A stretch of 64,000 nucleotides of DNA from the human T2T-CHM13v2.0 reference genome, Homo sapiens. Positions 1 through 12,449 of this stretch are shown here, one piece after another (position 1 is the stretch's first letter; each line of letters starts with the position of its first letter). The notes below the pieces were generated by a model, which was not told where the DNA came from, searched no databases, and was given only the letters and a program-made list of their open reading frames with translations. The translations under genes and the position numbers were made by a program. The stretch lies in NCBI RefSeq assembly GCF_009914755.1, contig NC_060937.1; one strand, given 5' to 3'.

Positions 1-771
1 TTAAGAGATAATGTTTGGCTGCTGTAGATCTCACTAAATCATTAAAAATGTTCCCATCCACTGTGGCTCAACAACCAGTCTGCTTGATTGCAGTGGCCCA
101 GGCAGCGTGGCAGCCATGCCTGGTGGGGCCCAGCCAGCATGGCCAGCAGCCATCATCCTGCAGGGAGGCCACCCTCACCTGTGCTTGGAAGGAGCGCCCA
201 GTCGTCGAGAATCAAACCCTTCCATCTTCGGATGTGCTGACAATTCCACTACAAAGTGGCCAGGGAAACAATAGGCTAGGCGGCACCAGTCACCCAACTT
301 TGCTACCAGTTTAGCAGTTTGGTAGAGCAGAGAAGGAGTTTGAAGACTCCGGCAGCATCAAGAATTTTATCTAAAAAGCCAGCACCTGCCCGGGCGTCAT
401 CCCTTCACTGACCAACCTGTGACCATGACAGTGATGGCACCGGGCTGGTCTGTGCGTGCACATGTGCTTGTGCATTTGGGCCTGTGTGCGTGCCTGTGTC
501 AGTCAAAGAAAGGACGAAAGCTCTTCTGGGACGTCTTGATCACAGACACAGCAAAGTCACAGTAATATAACTTCTTATAAAGTGAAGAAAGCCCTCCTTC
601 GTCCTGCCACCCCCAGTTACTGTGATCTGTTTTGGGTTCTGAGATGGAGGTTCGCTGCAGTGTGGGTGTGATGGGTAGTCTGGGGAGCTCTGGCGGTGGG
701 AAGGCCCCCCAGGGATGCCTCAGAATGAGGCCACGGAAGGGCCAGCAGGGAGAGAGGTAACCTTCGGAGGA

Positions 772-1165
772 TGTATTCATGTCTGGGGGCTGCTGTCACA
801 AAATACTGCAAACCAGGTGGCCTGAAACAGCAGAAATTTATTTATTCCTTCATGGTTCTGGGGGCCTAGAATCTGAGATCAAAGTGTGGGCAGGGATAGG
901 GGCTCTCTGGCGTCCCTGGGGGATCCCCTCCTTGTCCTCCTGACATCTCTGGTGTTCCTTTTCTGGGAGCTGCTCGCTCCAGGCTCTGCCTTTTTCCCCG
1001 CAGTCCTCTCACTGCATCTGTGCCCTTACACGGCCTCCTCCTGCCCCACTCCTCTGTGACCTTCTCCTGACTGAGCTGGTCACATCTGCAAAGACCCTGT
1101 TTCCAAGGTCCCATCCTGAGGCTGCAGGTGGACATGGAAGTTGGGAGGTCACCGCTCAACCTGGA
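772..1165 (-). mobile_element. MaLR LTR, MLT1C/B-like
   Basis: Diagnostic antisense MLT1 blocks: ggctgctgtcacaaaatactgcaaaccaggtggcctgaaacagcagaaattta, ttctgggggcctagaatctgagatcaaagtgt and cacatctgcaaagaccctgtttccaaggtc. Confidence 0.8.
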
Positions 1166-2366
1166 ATGAAGGCAGCCCCCGCACTGGCCCTCCCTGAGCA
1201 GGGCCTGAGGGTGTTGGTCCTGGGGGAGGGACCTGGGCGTCGTGCCCGGTGTCCAAGCACCACCTTCACAGCAGGTGCACTTCTCGTCCTCGTGCTGATG
1301 GCCATTCATCTGGAGCTGAAGAGCTCTCACACGGGCTCCACGAAGGGCAGAGTCAGAAAGGGTGGAGGCACCCGAGATGCTTGCACATGGCGATGGTGAC
1401 GTTGGGCTGTTGCTTTGCCCACTGTCGCCCTGTCCATGCATGGCCTGCCCTGCTCACAGTCTCTGCTGGCTGTCTCCTCCGGCTCTGACCCTGTCTCCTG
1501 CCCCAAATGCCCTCTCTGTCACCTCGTCCCTCTGCTTCCTCTCAGTGCCGGCCTCTCCCTCCTCCAGACCTCCACCTGCACTCCCACCAGCCTGTCCGGC
1601 AGCTGCCACCTTTTTTTCCCTCAGGTTGGAAGAAACATGGCAGGAGAGAGGGTCCCGGCTCAGCAGCGGCAGATCTAGGATGGACTGGCTGGGGGCTGGA
1701 GTTGGAGCAGCAGCGAGCGGCACAGGCACAGGCTCTACCTGGGAAGGGAGCGCTTGGAGATTTGTTCCTGGAGTGGACTCACCCGCCGGGACCACAGGTG
1801 TGAGCGGAGGCATTAGAGCCCACGCCGTTCCCTTCAGTTCTCACCACTGAGAGACATACATACACATTATACCAAATAACCTAGGAATCCAATTCTTATA
1901 AAGCATATGGCGAATCAAAGATTAGGGTGAGGCCCGCGCATGGAGCATCGTTGGTGGGGCGGGCAGATGCTGGATGTGTCCCTAGCTACCTTTCTCATTT
2001 TTATCCATCATTCTTTATCTTCCAAATCTCATTGTGAGATAGTCTCTAGCACACAAAACAAATCGAGGCATGGAGAGGAGTCGGTAGGAAGGAGCCAGCT
2101 GGAGTGCTGTTTGCCCGGGCTGCCCGGCTCCACGGAGCCACACTTCTTACCGGAGCTGGGGTGTTTCCCTGTCGGCACTTCCCACAGATTAGGAACCAGG
2201 GCTGGAACGCACAGGGCAGGTGTTTCAGGAAGTGCCAGAACTGCTCACCTCACCATCTTGATCCTATGGGGTAGGAACCTGCTTAGGCCCACGCTGGTTC
2301 TCAACCTGGTTGTATGGTCCAGCCCTGATCTTCAATGTATTGCTTAAGGCATGAAAATCGGTCTTT

Positions 2367-2526
2367 TTGAGCATGGTAGCAAGTGCCTGTAGTCTCAGCT
2401 ACTCGGGAGGCTGAGGCAGGAGAATGGCGTGAACCCCGGAGGTAGTGCTTGCAGTGAGCCGAGATCATGCCACTGCACGCCAGCCTAGGTGACAAAGCGA
2501 GACTCCGTCAAAAAAAAAAAAAAAAA
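2367..2526 (+). mobile_element. 5'-truncated Alu (right arm only), AluY/Sc-like, with target-site duplication
   Basis: Contains gctactcgggaggctgaggcaggagaatggcgtgaacc...gcgagactccgtc followed by A17. Flanked by aaaatcggtcttt (2354-2366) and aaaatcggccttt (2523-2535). Confidence 0.93.
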
Positions 2527-3462
2527 TCGGCCTTTCCACAGTTGGTGTGTGGGAGAGGACAGAATAAGTGCATGGGGTCTCTTGGGGTCTCCCTGGACCT
2601 CAGGATCAGGCCTGTTCCTCTTTGTTCAGCCGCCTCAGCTCCCTATAGGGTACTCTGCTTGGGAAAAGACCCCAGAGGGCGCAGCTTACAGTGCAGTGCC
2701 TCTCTCCACTGTCAGAGGCAACATAACCACTGCGGAATCTCTTTGCGGTTCTCTTCGGCCAAGCCAGAACTCAAGGCATATAAGGCTGTGGCAGAGATGT
2801 ACGCATTCCCGAGACAACTGACCCCAAGGTCATCCCTGAATCAGTGACTCCAGAAACATGCAATCCTGAAAGAAATAGCACAGTGTCTTGGGGTCTGAGC
2901 GGGATCTGCAGCCAGTTCTGGAATGGAAGAGTCGCAGCTGTGGATGTTGAGTGGCTTTATGGTTGGAAAGTCACGGCAGGACCTGACAGTAGCTATAGTG
3001 TTGTGGGGCAGTGACCTCTCACCCACCAACCTGTCAAGAAGGCCGCCCGGTGGCCACCCCTGTCACTGAGCTCAAGGCCAGGGAGAGGTGGCTGCAATGC
3101 CTCTGAGGTGCTAGAGAGCCCTGTAGGTGGGAATGACACTGCTCTCTGCTCTTGTCTCCTCGGACACCCTCCCTGACAAGAGGCAGGCACCAAGAGCCGT
3201 GAAGGTCCAAGGATGCAGACACCTCTGGGCCCATCATATACACAGAGCTTGCTGCTTCATTGGCAAGATGATGTGGGGGGTTGGAGATGATTTTTGATCA
3301 TCTGAGATTATCTTGAACTCAAGAGGCAACATCCTGAGTTTGTCCTACAGTCTCTCATTGGGATGGCACTAAAATATAGGAACCCCCTCGTCCCTCTAAA
3401 TTTCTGCTGATTACTGTGGACCTTTGCATGATGCCAGAGTGAAGACAGAAAAGTAAGACACA

Positions 3463-4690
3463 TAGAGGTATGATCCATGAAGAGCCATGATCCATGAAGA
3501 GCCATGATCCATAAAGAGCTATGATCCATGAAGAGGCATGATCTATGAATAGCTATCATCCATGAAGAGCCAGGATTTATGAAGAGTTATCACCCATGAA
3601 AAGCTACGATATCTAAAGAGCTATGATCCATGAAGAGGTATGATCCATGAAGAGCTATGATCTCTGAAGAGCCGTGATCCATGAAGAGCTATGATCTATG
3701 TAGAGTTATGACCTATGAAGAGCCATGATCTCTGAAGAACTATGATCTATGAAGAGCTATGATCTATGTAGAGCTATGATCCTTGAAGAGCCATGATCCA
3801 TGAAGACCTATGATCTATGTAGAGCTATGACCTCTGAAGAGCCATGATCCATGAAGAGCTATGATCTCTGAAGAGCCAAGATCCATGAAGAGCTATGATC
3901 TATGTAGAGTTATGACCTATGAAAAGCCATGATCTCTGAAGAACTGTGATCTATGAAGAGCTGTGATCCATGAAGAGCCATGATCCATGAAGAGCTATGG
4001 TCTATATAGAGTTATGACCTATGAAAAGCCATGATCTCTGAAGAACTGTGATCTATGACGAGCTGTGATCCATGAAGAGCCATGATCCGTGAAGAGCTAT
4101 GGTCTATACAGAGTTATGACCTATGAAAAGCCATGATCTCTGAAGAACTATGATCTATGAAGAACTATGATCCATGAGGAGCCGTGATACATGAAGAGCT
4201 ATGATCTCTGAAGAGCTATGATGCATGAAGAGCTGTGACCTCTGAAGAGCTGTGATCTATGAAGACCTATGATGTATGTAGAGCTATGACCTCTGAAGAG
4301 CCGTGATCCATGAAGGGCTATCATCCATGAAGGGCTATGATCTATGTAGAACTATGATCCATGAAGGGCTATGGTCTATGTAGAGCTATGATCTCTGAAG
4401 ACCTATGATCTATGTAGAACTCTGATCCATGAAGGACTATGGTCTATGTAGAGCTATGATCCATGAAGGGCTATGGTCTATGTAGAGCTATGATCCATGA
4501 AGACCTATGATCTATGTAGAGCTATGATCCATGAAGGGCTATGGTCTGTGCAGAGCTATGATCCATGAAGGGCTATGGTCTATGCAGAGCTATGATCCAT
4601 GAAGGGCTATGGTCTATGTAGAGCTATGATCCATGAAGACCTATGATCTATGTAGAGCTATGATCTCTGAAGAGCTGTGATCTAACTGAA
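3463..4690. repeat. Minisatellite, 17-bp unit (consensus gaagagctatgatccat), about 72 copies
   Basis: Continuous 17-bp periodicity. The variant marker gagttatgacc recurs at exact multiples of 17 bp (3703, 3907, 4009, 4111). Confidence 0.95.
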
Positions 4691-4864
4691 GATGTGACAG
4701 TCTCTTCTAAGAAACTCAGCAACAGTGTAGGGGTTATTCATTGGCGGTGGGCCTCACAAGACTTATTCCTGAACCTTACAGGAGTGAGAGCTGCAAGAGT
4801 TAGCGCAATTCAGAAAGAGGGGGCCCACAGAAAGTGAATTTATCTGAGAAGCCTCCGTACAGTG

Positions 4865-5130
4865 CTGGATCTTGGTGTCCTTATAAGGAGGCGGGAGAGA
4901 TGCATGGAAGGAAGACAGCACGTGATGACGGAGGCAGAATGGGGGTTTTTTAGCTGCAAGCCAGAAAATATCATGGACTATGGAGCTGTGAGGCTCTGGA
5001 GACAGCCTGGCTCTGCCAGCACCTTGACTTCAGACTCTGGCTTCCAGAACTATGGGATTCTAAATATTTGCTACTTTAAGCCACCCAGTTTGCAGTAGTT
5101 CCTCACAGCAGCCTCAGCACACAAATCCAG
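4865..5130 (+). mobile_element. MaLR LTR fragment, MLT1C-like
   Basis: ggtgtccttataagg...gcacgtgatgacggaggcaga...ctgccagcaccttgacttcagactctggcttccagaactatg...tttaagccacccagtttgcagtagtt. Confidence 0.8.
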
Positions 5131-6269
5131 AGTGCTCAGCCTGGTCTCAGGTGCCTAGAATGAAGGAGTCTTACTGAAAGGGAGCAGGAGTTTCCTAAGA
5201 AATGGTGTGGGCTCAGGTTTGGAGGGCCTTGGTGGGTGGGCGAAGGGGCCTGGATGCCAAGACGTTCGCAGAGGGAGTATGGGCAAGAATTGCCGGGTGG
5301 AGGAGTGTGGGATGAATTGGAAAGACTCGGCGAGGGAGGCTGGCAGAGGGGCTTTGTGAGTCTCCGGAACGGGGCGCTGGGCTCCCCTTAGAATCCACTC
5401 CTTTCTTCCAGAAGACACTGGGGAGGCTGCTGCGATCCTGAAGCAATGAAGTTCGGGCACCACCCCCTCCCCCACACTGAACACGGCTTCTCCAATAATC
5501 CACGACCCCTAGGGGAGAGTAACAATTTATTTTTCTTTCTTGGCTACAATTAGGCTTCCAACCATGGTGCACCATTCCCGCCGTTGCCTCCATCACAACT
5601 TAAGACAATGAGAATGCATTCGGATGAAAGTCACCGATGGCAGCGCTGTTGGGCAGGGCTTTATGCGGGCGCTCAGCCCTGGGGCGGGAGGCCCCTCTTT
5701 CTTCAGCAAGACACAAATCTGAATGTGAAATGTCATTAGAGCCTCCTTCCTCTAGTACTGCTTCTTTTTAGAATAACAAAAACACATCAGTGGTAAGTTT
5801 CAGTGTTATTTTTAATAAAAGAAAACCCTTTAATTTACATATATTTAAGGCTAAGTAAATGAAAATGCATTATGTTACCACTGTTCTATTGAATAATGAG
5901 CCCAGAGGGTTCAGAAGAACAGTTTGCTTTTCAAACCTTGTACACCCCCAGCTCAAGCCTGCCCCTGGGGATAAGGGAGGGGACCAGATGGTATTGATTG
6001 TCTGGGGCCACACTGGGATGTTTTATGTGCTGGACTGGCAGTGCCCTGCTTGGAGACTTTGGGGAACAAGTGGGTCCTACATAAAGCTACCGCCCAAGGC
6101 CTGGTCATCTACAGCAGCACCTGCAGGGGCTCAGAACCCATCCCCCACAGGCTAGCCCAGAGGCAGGCATACCTGACTCTCCCAAAAGCAGTCTTCTAGC
6201 CTTGCCTCTCCAACACTGAGGCAGCAGAAGGCCAGGGAAACAAAAGAAATAGCGCACATACTTACATGC

Positions 6270-6640
6270 GTGTGCCCCCACACAAACACTTGTGCATACA
6301 CACACACACACACACAAACACATACACTTACACACAAATATAGTTCTACATGCATAGACATACAAACACATGCACACACACAGAAACACATACACACACA
6401 CATGCTCACACACATATACACACATGCACACACACAGAAACACATATACTCACACACACAAATGCACACACACATACACACACATACACACATGCACACA
6501 CACAGAAACATACGCTCACACACACTGTTAAATGCATATAAATACAAACACACATGCACACACACACATACAAACAGAAACACGTGCTTACACACACACA
6601 TACACACTCCTACATGCAAACACATGTACAAACATAATGT
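6270..6640. repeat. Degenerate (CA)n-rich simple repeat
   Basis: Interrupted CA runs with cacacagaaacacata and cacatgcaca motifs. Confidence 0.95.
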
Positions 6641-9229
6641 CCTCCCCTATATTTTATGAGAAAAAAAAATCCTTAGGATTTAAAATTCAAATTTTTCCCA
6701 GACTTCCAACTTGGAGTCTGGCATTCCCTTTCCCCCTTAGGTCCCCAAGGAGGCCGTGCTGAAGCCTTGAGTGGTGTCCAGGTGAAGCGTTTAGCACAAA
6801 CTCGGGCACGCAGAGCCCCAGAAGGAACATCAGGCATCATCACCATTATCATCAACTGTTTCATTAACAAGCATTTACTATGCTCTGCACTTTAACCCTT
6901 GTGGTGGTCCAGAATTCATTTTTTAAGAAAAATACTCCAGAGGCCCTGCTTGAGGTAAGAGGATCTGGTCCCGGCTCCAGTGAGATGCCCTCATTTCCGC
7001 CGTGGAGTGCAGGCTGGATGTGGGCAGAAGAAACACCTATCCCAGGGTCTCTTGCCTGCCTTCCGTTGCTTCACTGGGATTTTCCCTGGGCAACTTCTGG
7101 GTGTGATCCTGAGCTCACAGCGCTGTGTGAACAGTGAGCTGAGACCCAGCCCTTCCCCTGGGACAGCTTGGCCAGGGCTTCCTAGGGGAGGTGGCTTCTG
7201 TCCCAGGCCTGGAAGGGTCCCTGGGCGGTGGCCAGGCAGAGACTGAGCTGAGCAGGGAGCCAGCCACCTGCAGGCTGAGGAGGGTCCAAGTGGCCTGGGG
7301 GAGACCCGAGGCTGCCGGCAAAGGCGGGACATTCCTGTGGCCTTTCGGTGACATTACCACCTCTGTGCAAGGACACACTCTTTTCTCTCTGTTTCTATTT
7401 TCTCCAGTTAATCAGGTGACTTAAAAAGAAGCTAGATAACGGTATTGTTTGCATTGACAACATCCCGATGATACTGTCAGGAGAGATGGGGGAAATGTCG
7501 CCTTCTGAACCAATAGAGTTATTAGGGAACCCTCTGTCACCTCAGCACCCGGGTTAATTACCACAGAAAACCTGGGAATGGCAGCTATAATTTTTCTCCA
7601 GAAAGTACCGTATTTTTACTCTTGAGGCAATAAAATGCCCATGACAGTGCTTTGAAGGACCTCATTTTACAATCTAATGGTGTGATCATTTTACCAGAAT
7701 GACCCTCTGTGCTCCTGTTCAAGGGGCACTGTCCTTGTGCATTTGATTAAATTTGGGCTGCAAGTTATGGGCTGCACAAATGAAATCCTCTCCTGTCTCC
7801 AGCGGCCCGTCACCATCTAGAGCATCTATGAATGGGCACGTTGGCCTACTACAGCATCTCTCTGGGAAATGGAGACTCAAGCCGCTGAGGGGACGGCATC
7901 TGCCTGCGCATGTGACTGCCTGGGCACGAGCTGATTCTGTTTGGACAGCCACATGCAGACATTTCTCAAACAGCATAAGGCAGCAAGCTGCTGGCTTTTG
8001 GCTCACATCAAAATTTTGGCAAGGAAAGCTGTTTAGAGAATTTTGATGGTTGGTTTGATCTTAGACCGTGACAAACCTGTGTGTATCTCATGAAACTGAA
8101 AACCACAGCTTGCAGAAGGCAGTCTGCACTGAGAGGCAGAAATGTGTGCGGTAGCATGTTGAACTTTCTCCTGAAGGGACAGACTTCTGTAATAGTGGTC
8201 ACATCTCTTTATTGTCTTCTTGTTTCTAAAGGAGATGAAACTTGAAATGACTCATTTTAGAGCCTGACTGCTGGAGATGCTGCCCTGAGCTGCCAGGCTG
8301 CCCACTGGAGACAGAGGTGGCATAAGTCTGCAGCCTGATGTTGGAACACTCTTCATCCTTTCCTCTTTCAAGAAAGCCTGTCCTTTAGTTTTGGCTGTAG
8401 ATTTTTACACGCTGCTCAGAATTGTATAAAATGCAAGGGGCCTGGGAGAAACGATGTATGACTCTTTCGTTCTTCTGCCTCCTGCCCTGTTGTTCACTCT
8501 TTTTGATTTAGACGCTGGCTGGCTGTGCCTGGCCTGGACACACCCTTACAGGAGCCACGGGGGTGTGGGAAGTCTTGGACCCAGAGGGCAATGCCTGGGG
8601 TCACGGTGTGCCTCCCAGTCTCAGCACTCAGTTCATTAGTAGGGTGGGCCCAGAGCTGGTGAGCGATGAACAGAAAGGCTGTAGGTAAACAAAGGGCAGA
8701 ATGCTGGAGGGGCGGCCTCGAGGGGAGCTCTGGCTGACCCCCCCAGGGTGTGGGGACCAAAGAGGAGACCTCCGGATTCCCTCCACCCTTGCCTGTCTCT
8801 GATTCCCCGGAACTTTACCGAGTGTGACTGTGCTTGGATGCCATACGTGGTCTGGCTCTCCTATAGATGGCAAGCTTGGTGAGAACAGGGACCATGCCCT
8901 GCGTGTCATGATGTCCCCAGGATAACGCAAGACCTGGCCATAAACACCAGCCCCCAGAGGGACGTCAGGTGCTGCCGTGTGGCTCAGCACAGTCGCCTTT
9001 CAGCAGCATTCCCTGGGACCCCTGGGCCGATGCTAGAATGTTCTCTGAGGGAACCCAACCCTGAATGTTTTACATTGTGAAGCAGATGACTTATGAGGAT
9101 GTTTTTGTTTTATCTTAAAAAATTGTCTTATTAGAGATTTATGGAGCTATTTTCCAAACCAAAGGCCAAACGTTCTTCCAACCTCATTCTTTAGGCTGCA
9201 TGAAGGGATGAGCTCGTGTGGATTAGCAA

Positions 9230-9400
9230 GGGAATTCCCCCCTCACCTTCCCTTAGGGGGGACATCGTCACTGTCGGAAGCGTGATAGAACTGTCAAAAG
9301 TACACGAAATCAGCTATGCAAATGGTGAAACAGAAGTCACAGTTCCCTTTGTTCTGTGACAGGGTAAAAATTTCACATTTTTCATCAAAGAGGAAATAAC
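9230..9400. promoter_or_regulatory. Candidate enhancer motif cluster (NF-kB, octamer, ETS-like)
   Basis: GGGAATTCCC at 9230-9239, ATGCAAAT at 9316-9323 and AAAGAGGAAAT near 9387, in non-repeat sequence. Motif matches only. Confidence 0.3.
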
Positions 9401-10096
9401 ATTCCAACACTTACACATCTAAATAATTGGGTAAGGTTCCTTCCACACTTCACATCACCCCTGTCTGGCTGTGCAGGGCCAGTCGCTGCCCTAACCAGCA
9501 TGAACACTGGCCAGGTTTACCTGCCAGCTGCAAACACCATGTTCTCCTGGAGTATGCCAAGCTGTGGAGACGTTTGGGTCTGTCCTTGCAGAGCACAGGC
9601 ACTCACAGAGGCCCTTTCACAACCTCTCTAGTTCTAGTTCACTGCCTATGCCAGAAACCTGCCACAGTTGCACAGGAGAGGGGCTGTGGGAGGAGCTGCA
9701 GGCTGCAGCCTCGGCCGGAGATGCTATCCACCCCCTGCCTCTCTCTAAATTCCCTAGGTGGTCCCGGTGGAAGGGCGGCTGCTCCGTCAGCAGTCAGCCT
9801 GGGGTCTGGGGGAGGCCTAAGGAGGAGACCAGCTAGACCACCGTGTCCTCTGCTGTTCCCCGGAGGATGCGGCTTTCCCAGAAGCCCTAGAGTCCTCAGG
9901 TCCTCTCCCAGCCACTGTCACTGGGACCCCTGGCAATGCCTGACTGCCAGCCTGCCTGGGGATCCCCCCTGCACCAAACCAGTCCTGGACACCTGAGTGT
10001 CTGCCATGGTCCCACAGAAACTCCACTTCTAGGGGCACTAATGCCTGCAGAAGCAGCTTGAGCAGTTTCTAAACATCAAGAGAATGTCACTGAGCA

Positions 10097-10495
10097 CCGC
10101 TGACCCTTGAACAAGGGTCAAAAATCCACACATAACTTTTGACTCCCCCAAAACTTGACTAATAGCCTACTGCTGACTGGAAGGCTTATCAGTAATGTAG
10201 ACAGTTGGTCACCATATATTTATTATGTTGTATGTATTACATATCATATTCTTACAACAAAGTAAGCCAGAGGGGAAAAGTGTTATTTAAAAAATCTTAA
10301 GGAAGGGAAAGTACATATACTATTCATTAAGTGGAAGCGGGTCATCCTGCAGGCCTCCATCCTGCCATCTCCACATGGAGTGGGCTGAGGAGGAAGAGGC
10401 ACAGCGGGGTCCCTGCACTGTCTTGGGGCGGCAAAGAGGGGAGAAAATCCAGTACAAGTGGGCCCTTCAAACCTGTGCTGCCCAAGGCTCAGCTG
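10097..10495 (-). mobile_element. Tigger2a (MER28) non-autonomous TcMar-Tigger DNA transposon
   Basis: Decayed terminal inverted repeats ccgctgacccttgaacaa and tgctgcccaaggctcagctg. Internal aaaatccacacataacttttgactcccc and tattcattaagtggaag match the recalled Tigger2a consensus in antisense. Confidence 0.88.
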
Positions 10496-10611
10496 GAACT
10501 GCTCAAAGAACTCCACAAAATCCTAGACCACACCTTTATCTTTATAGGGGCTGCCTTCAAGAACCAAAATAATACAGGAGTAACAGGAGAATGTTAAGGA
10601 ATGTTAATAGG

Positions 10612-11040
10612 CAGTGTCTCCCCAGAACACCTCAGTCACAGAATGGTGGCCGCCCTCCCTCTCCTCTCTCCGCTGTCTCCTCAGAACACCTCAGTCACAG
10701 AATGGTGGCCGCCCTCCCTCTCCTCTCTCCGCTGTCTCCTCAGAACACCTTAGTCACAGAATGGTGGCCGCCCTCCCTCTCTCTCTCCGCTGTCTCCCCA
10801 GAACACCTCAGTCGCAGAATGGTGGCCGCCCTCCCTCTCCTCTCTCCACTGTCTCCCCAGAACACCTCAGTCACAGAGTGGTGGCCTCCGTCCCTCTCCT
10901 CTCTCCACTGTCCGCTCAGAACACCTTAGTCACAGAATGGTGGCCGCCCTCCCTCTCCTCTCTCTGCTCTCTGTCTCCTCAGAACACCTCAGTCGCAGAC
11001 TGGTGGCCGCTCTCCCTCCACTCTCTCCGCTCTCTGTCAC
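10612..11040. repeat. Minisatellite, ~59-bp unit, 7 copies
   Basis: cagaacacctcagtcacagaatggtggccgccctccctctcctctctccgctgtctcc. The cagaacac anchor falls at 10623, 10682, 10741, 10799, 10858, 10917 and 10980. Confidence 0.95.
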
Positions 11041-11085
11041 CCGTCCCCACCCCTCACACCGTGGAGAGGAGAAAGTAGAACAGAG

Positions 11086-11485
11086 TGATATGGTCGGGGA
11101 TGTTTGCCCCCTTCAAATCCCATGTTGTGATGTCGCCTCAGTGCTGGATGGGCCCAGTGGGAGGTGTTGGGGTCACGGAGCAAGTCCCTCTGTGGGCTTG
11201 GTGTCCTTCTGTGGTAATGAGTGAGTCCTCGCTTTGATAGTTCACATAAGTGCTGGGGGTTTGAAAGAGCCTGGTACCTCTCCATAGCTCTCTCGCTCTC
11301 ATGTGGGGCACCGGCTCCTTTTCCTTGTCTGCCATGGGCGAAACCTTCCTGAGGCCTCCCCAGAAGCAGATGCTGGTGCCATGCTTCTTATACGGCCTGC
11401 AGAACCGTAAGCCAAATAAACCTCTTTTAATTATCCAGTACCCAGCCTTGGGTATTCCTTTACAGCAACACAAAATGGACTAACA
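11086..11485 (+). mobile_element. MaLR solo LTR, MSTB-like
   Basis: Starts tgatatggt; contains cttcctgaggcctccccagaagcagatgctggtgccatgctt and gcagaaccgtaagccaaataaacctctttt; ends aaaatggactaaca. Confidence 0.9.
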
Positions 11486-12449
11486 GCAGAAGGCAGAAAT
11501 CAGCCCCAGTGGATGGAAGAACATTCTAGAAGAACAGAGGTTAGGGCAGAGTCCCAGGGAGTTTTGGTTTTCCCTTTCTCTCCCAATAACGAAGGCAGGA
11601 AGCCAGGAGGAGAGGGGAGCCTCATTATCCAGGCAGCAAACCTACCTCTGGACGTCACAGACTCTTCTCTACCACAGGGACCCCCAAAGGAGAAGAGGGC
11701 CTCCTGCCATCCTGCCCCACTGCTGGTGCCCACACGGCTGCCAGTGGTCCTGGGAGAACACAGGGCAATGCCCGCCCAGCCCCAGGCCCTCTCCCTCCTT
11801 TGTGGCTACAGGCCCAGAACACAAAACAGAAGCTACTGCTTCTGTTGGGAGGAAACGGGGTCCCCCCTCGTCTCACACCTCCTGCCGGGCAATGTGTTGC
11901 AGAAAACAGAACAAAACAGGGTAGCCAGCCATGCCTGCAGGGCTGTGCCTCCAGCCTGGGCATCGGAGGGCAGGTAGCATTGGAAGCAAAGACAGAGATT
12001 TTCAGGGGGCCACAAGGTGTTGGGAGGTCAGAGTCCTGGGCACTTAGGGGCTGTTGGAGCTGTGTTCTCTCTCCGCTGCTGACCGTGGTCCTTGTCAAAG
12101 CCCCAGACACACCCATGGGGCCTCAGTCTTCCCATCTGTGCAGCGAGTGTCATTACAAGACGATTTGCAGAAAGGAGTGTGAGCAATCCTGTGAATATTT
12201 GCAGCTGCATAAATAATGAATGACGACAGAGGCAAACCTTCGTACACATGTCACCCTTCATGTGATTTTACAGGGAAGGGAATGGCCGGAGCTTTGTGCT
12301 TTGGGGAGAGTAAACTAGGTTTACTTCCTCAAGGATTTCATCCATTTGCGCTTCACCCATTCCTTCCTGTGTGTGTGCGTGCATCGGAGAGTTGCGGCAT
12401 GCCAGGCCTGGCTTATGTCCCTGCTTTCCCGGAATCTCCACCAAGCTCA

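Noticed and set aside
6152-6762. His/Thr-rich and Cys/Val-rich ORFs
   Set aside because: Translations of the degenerate CA repeat.
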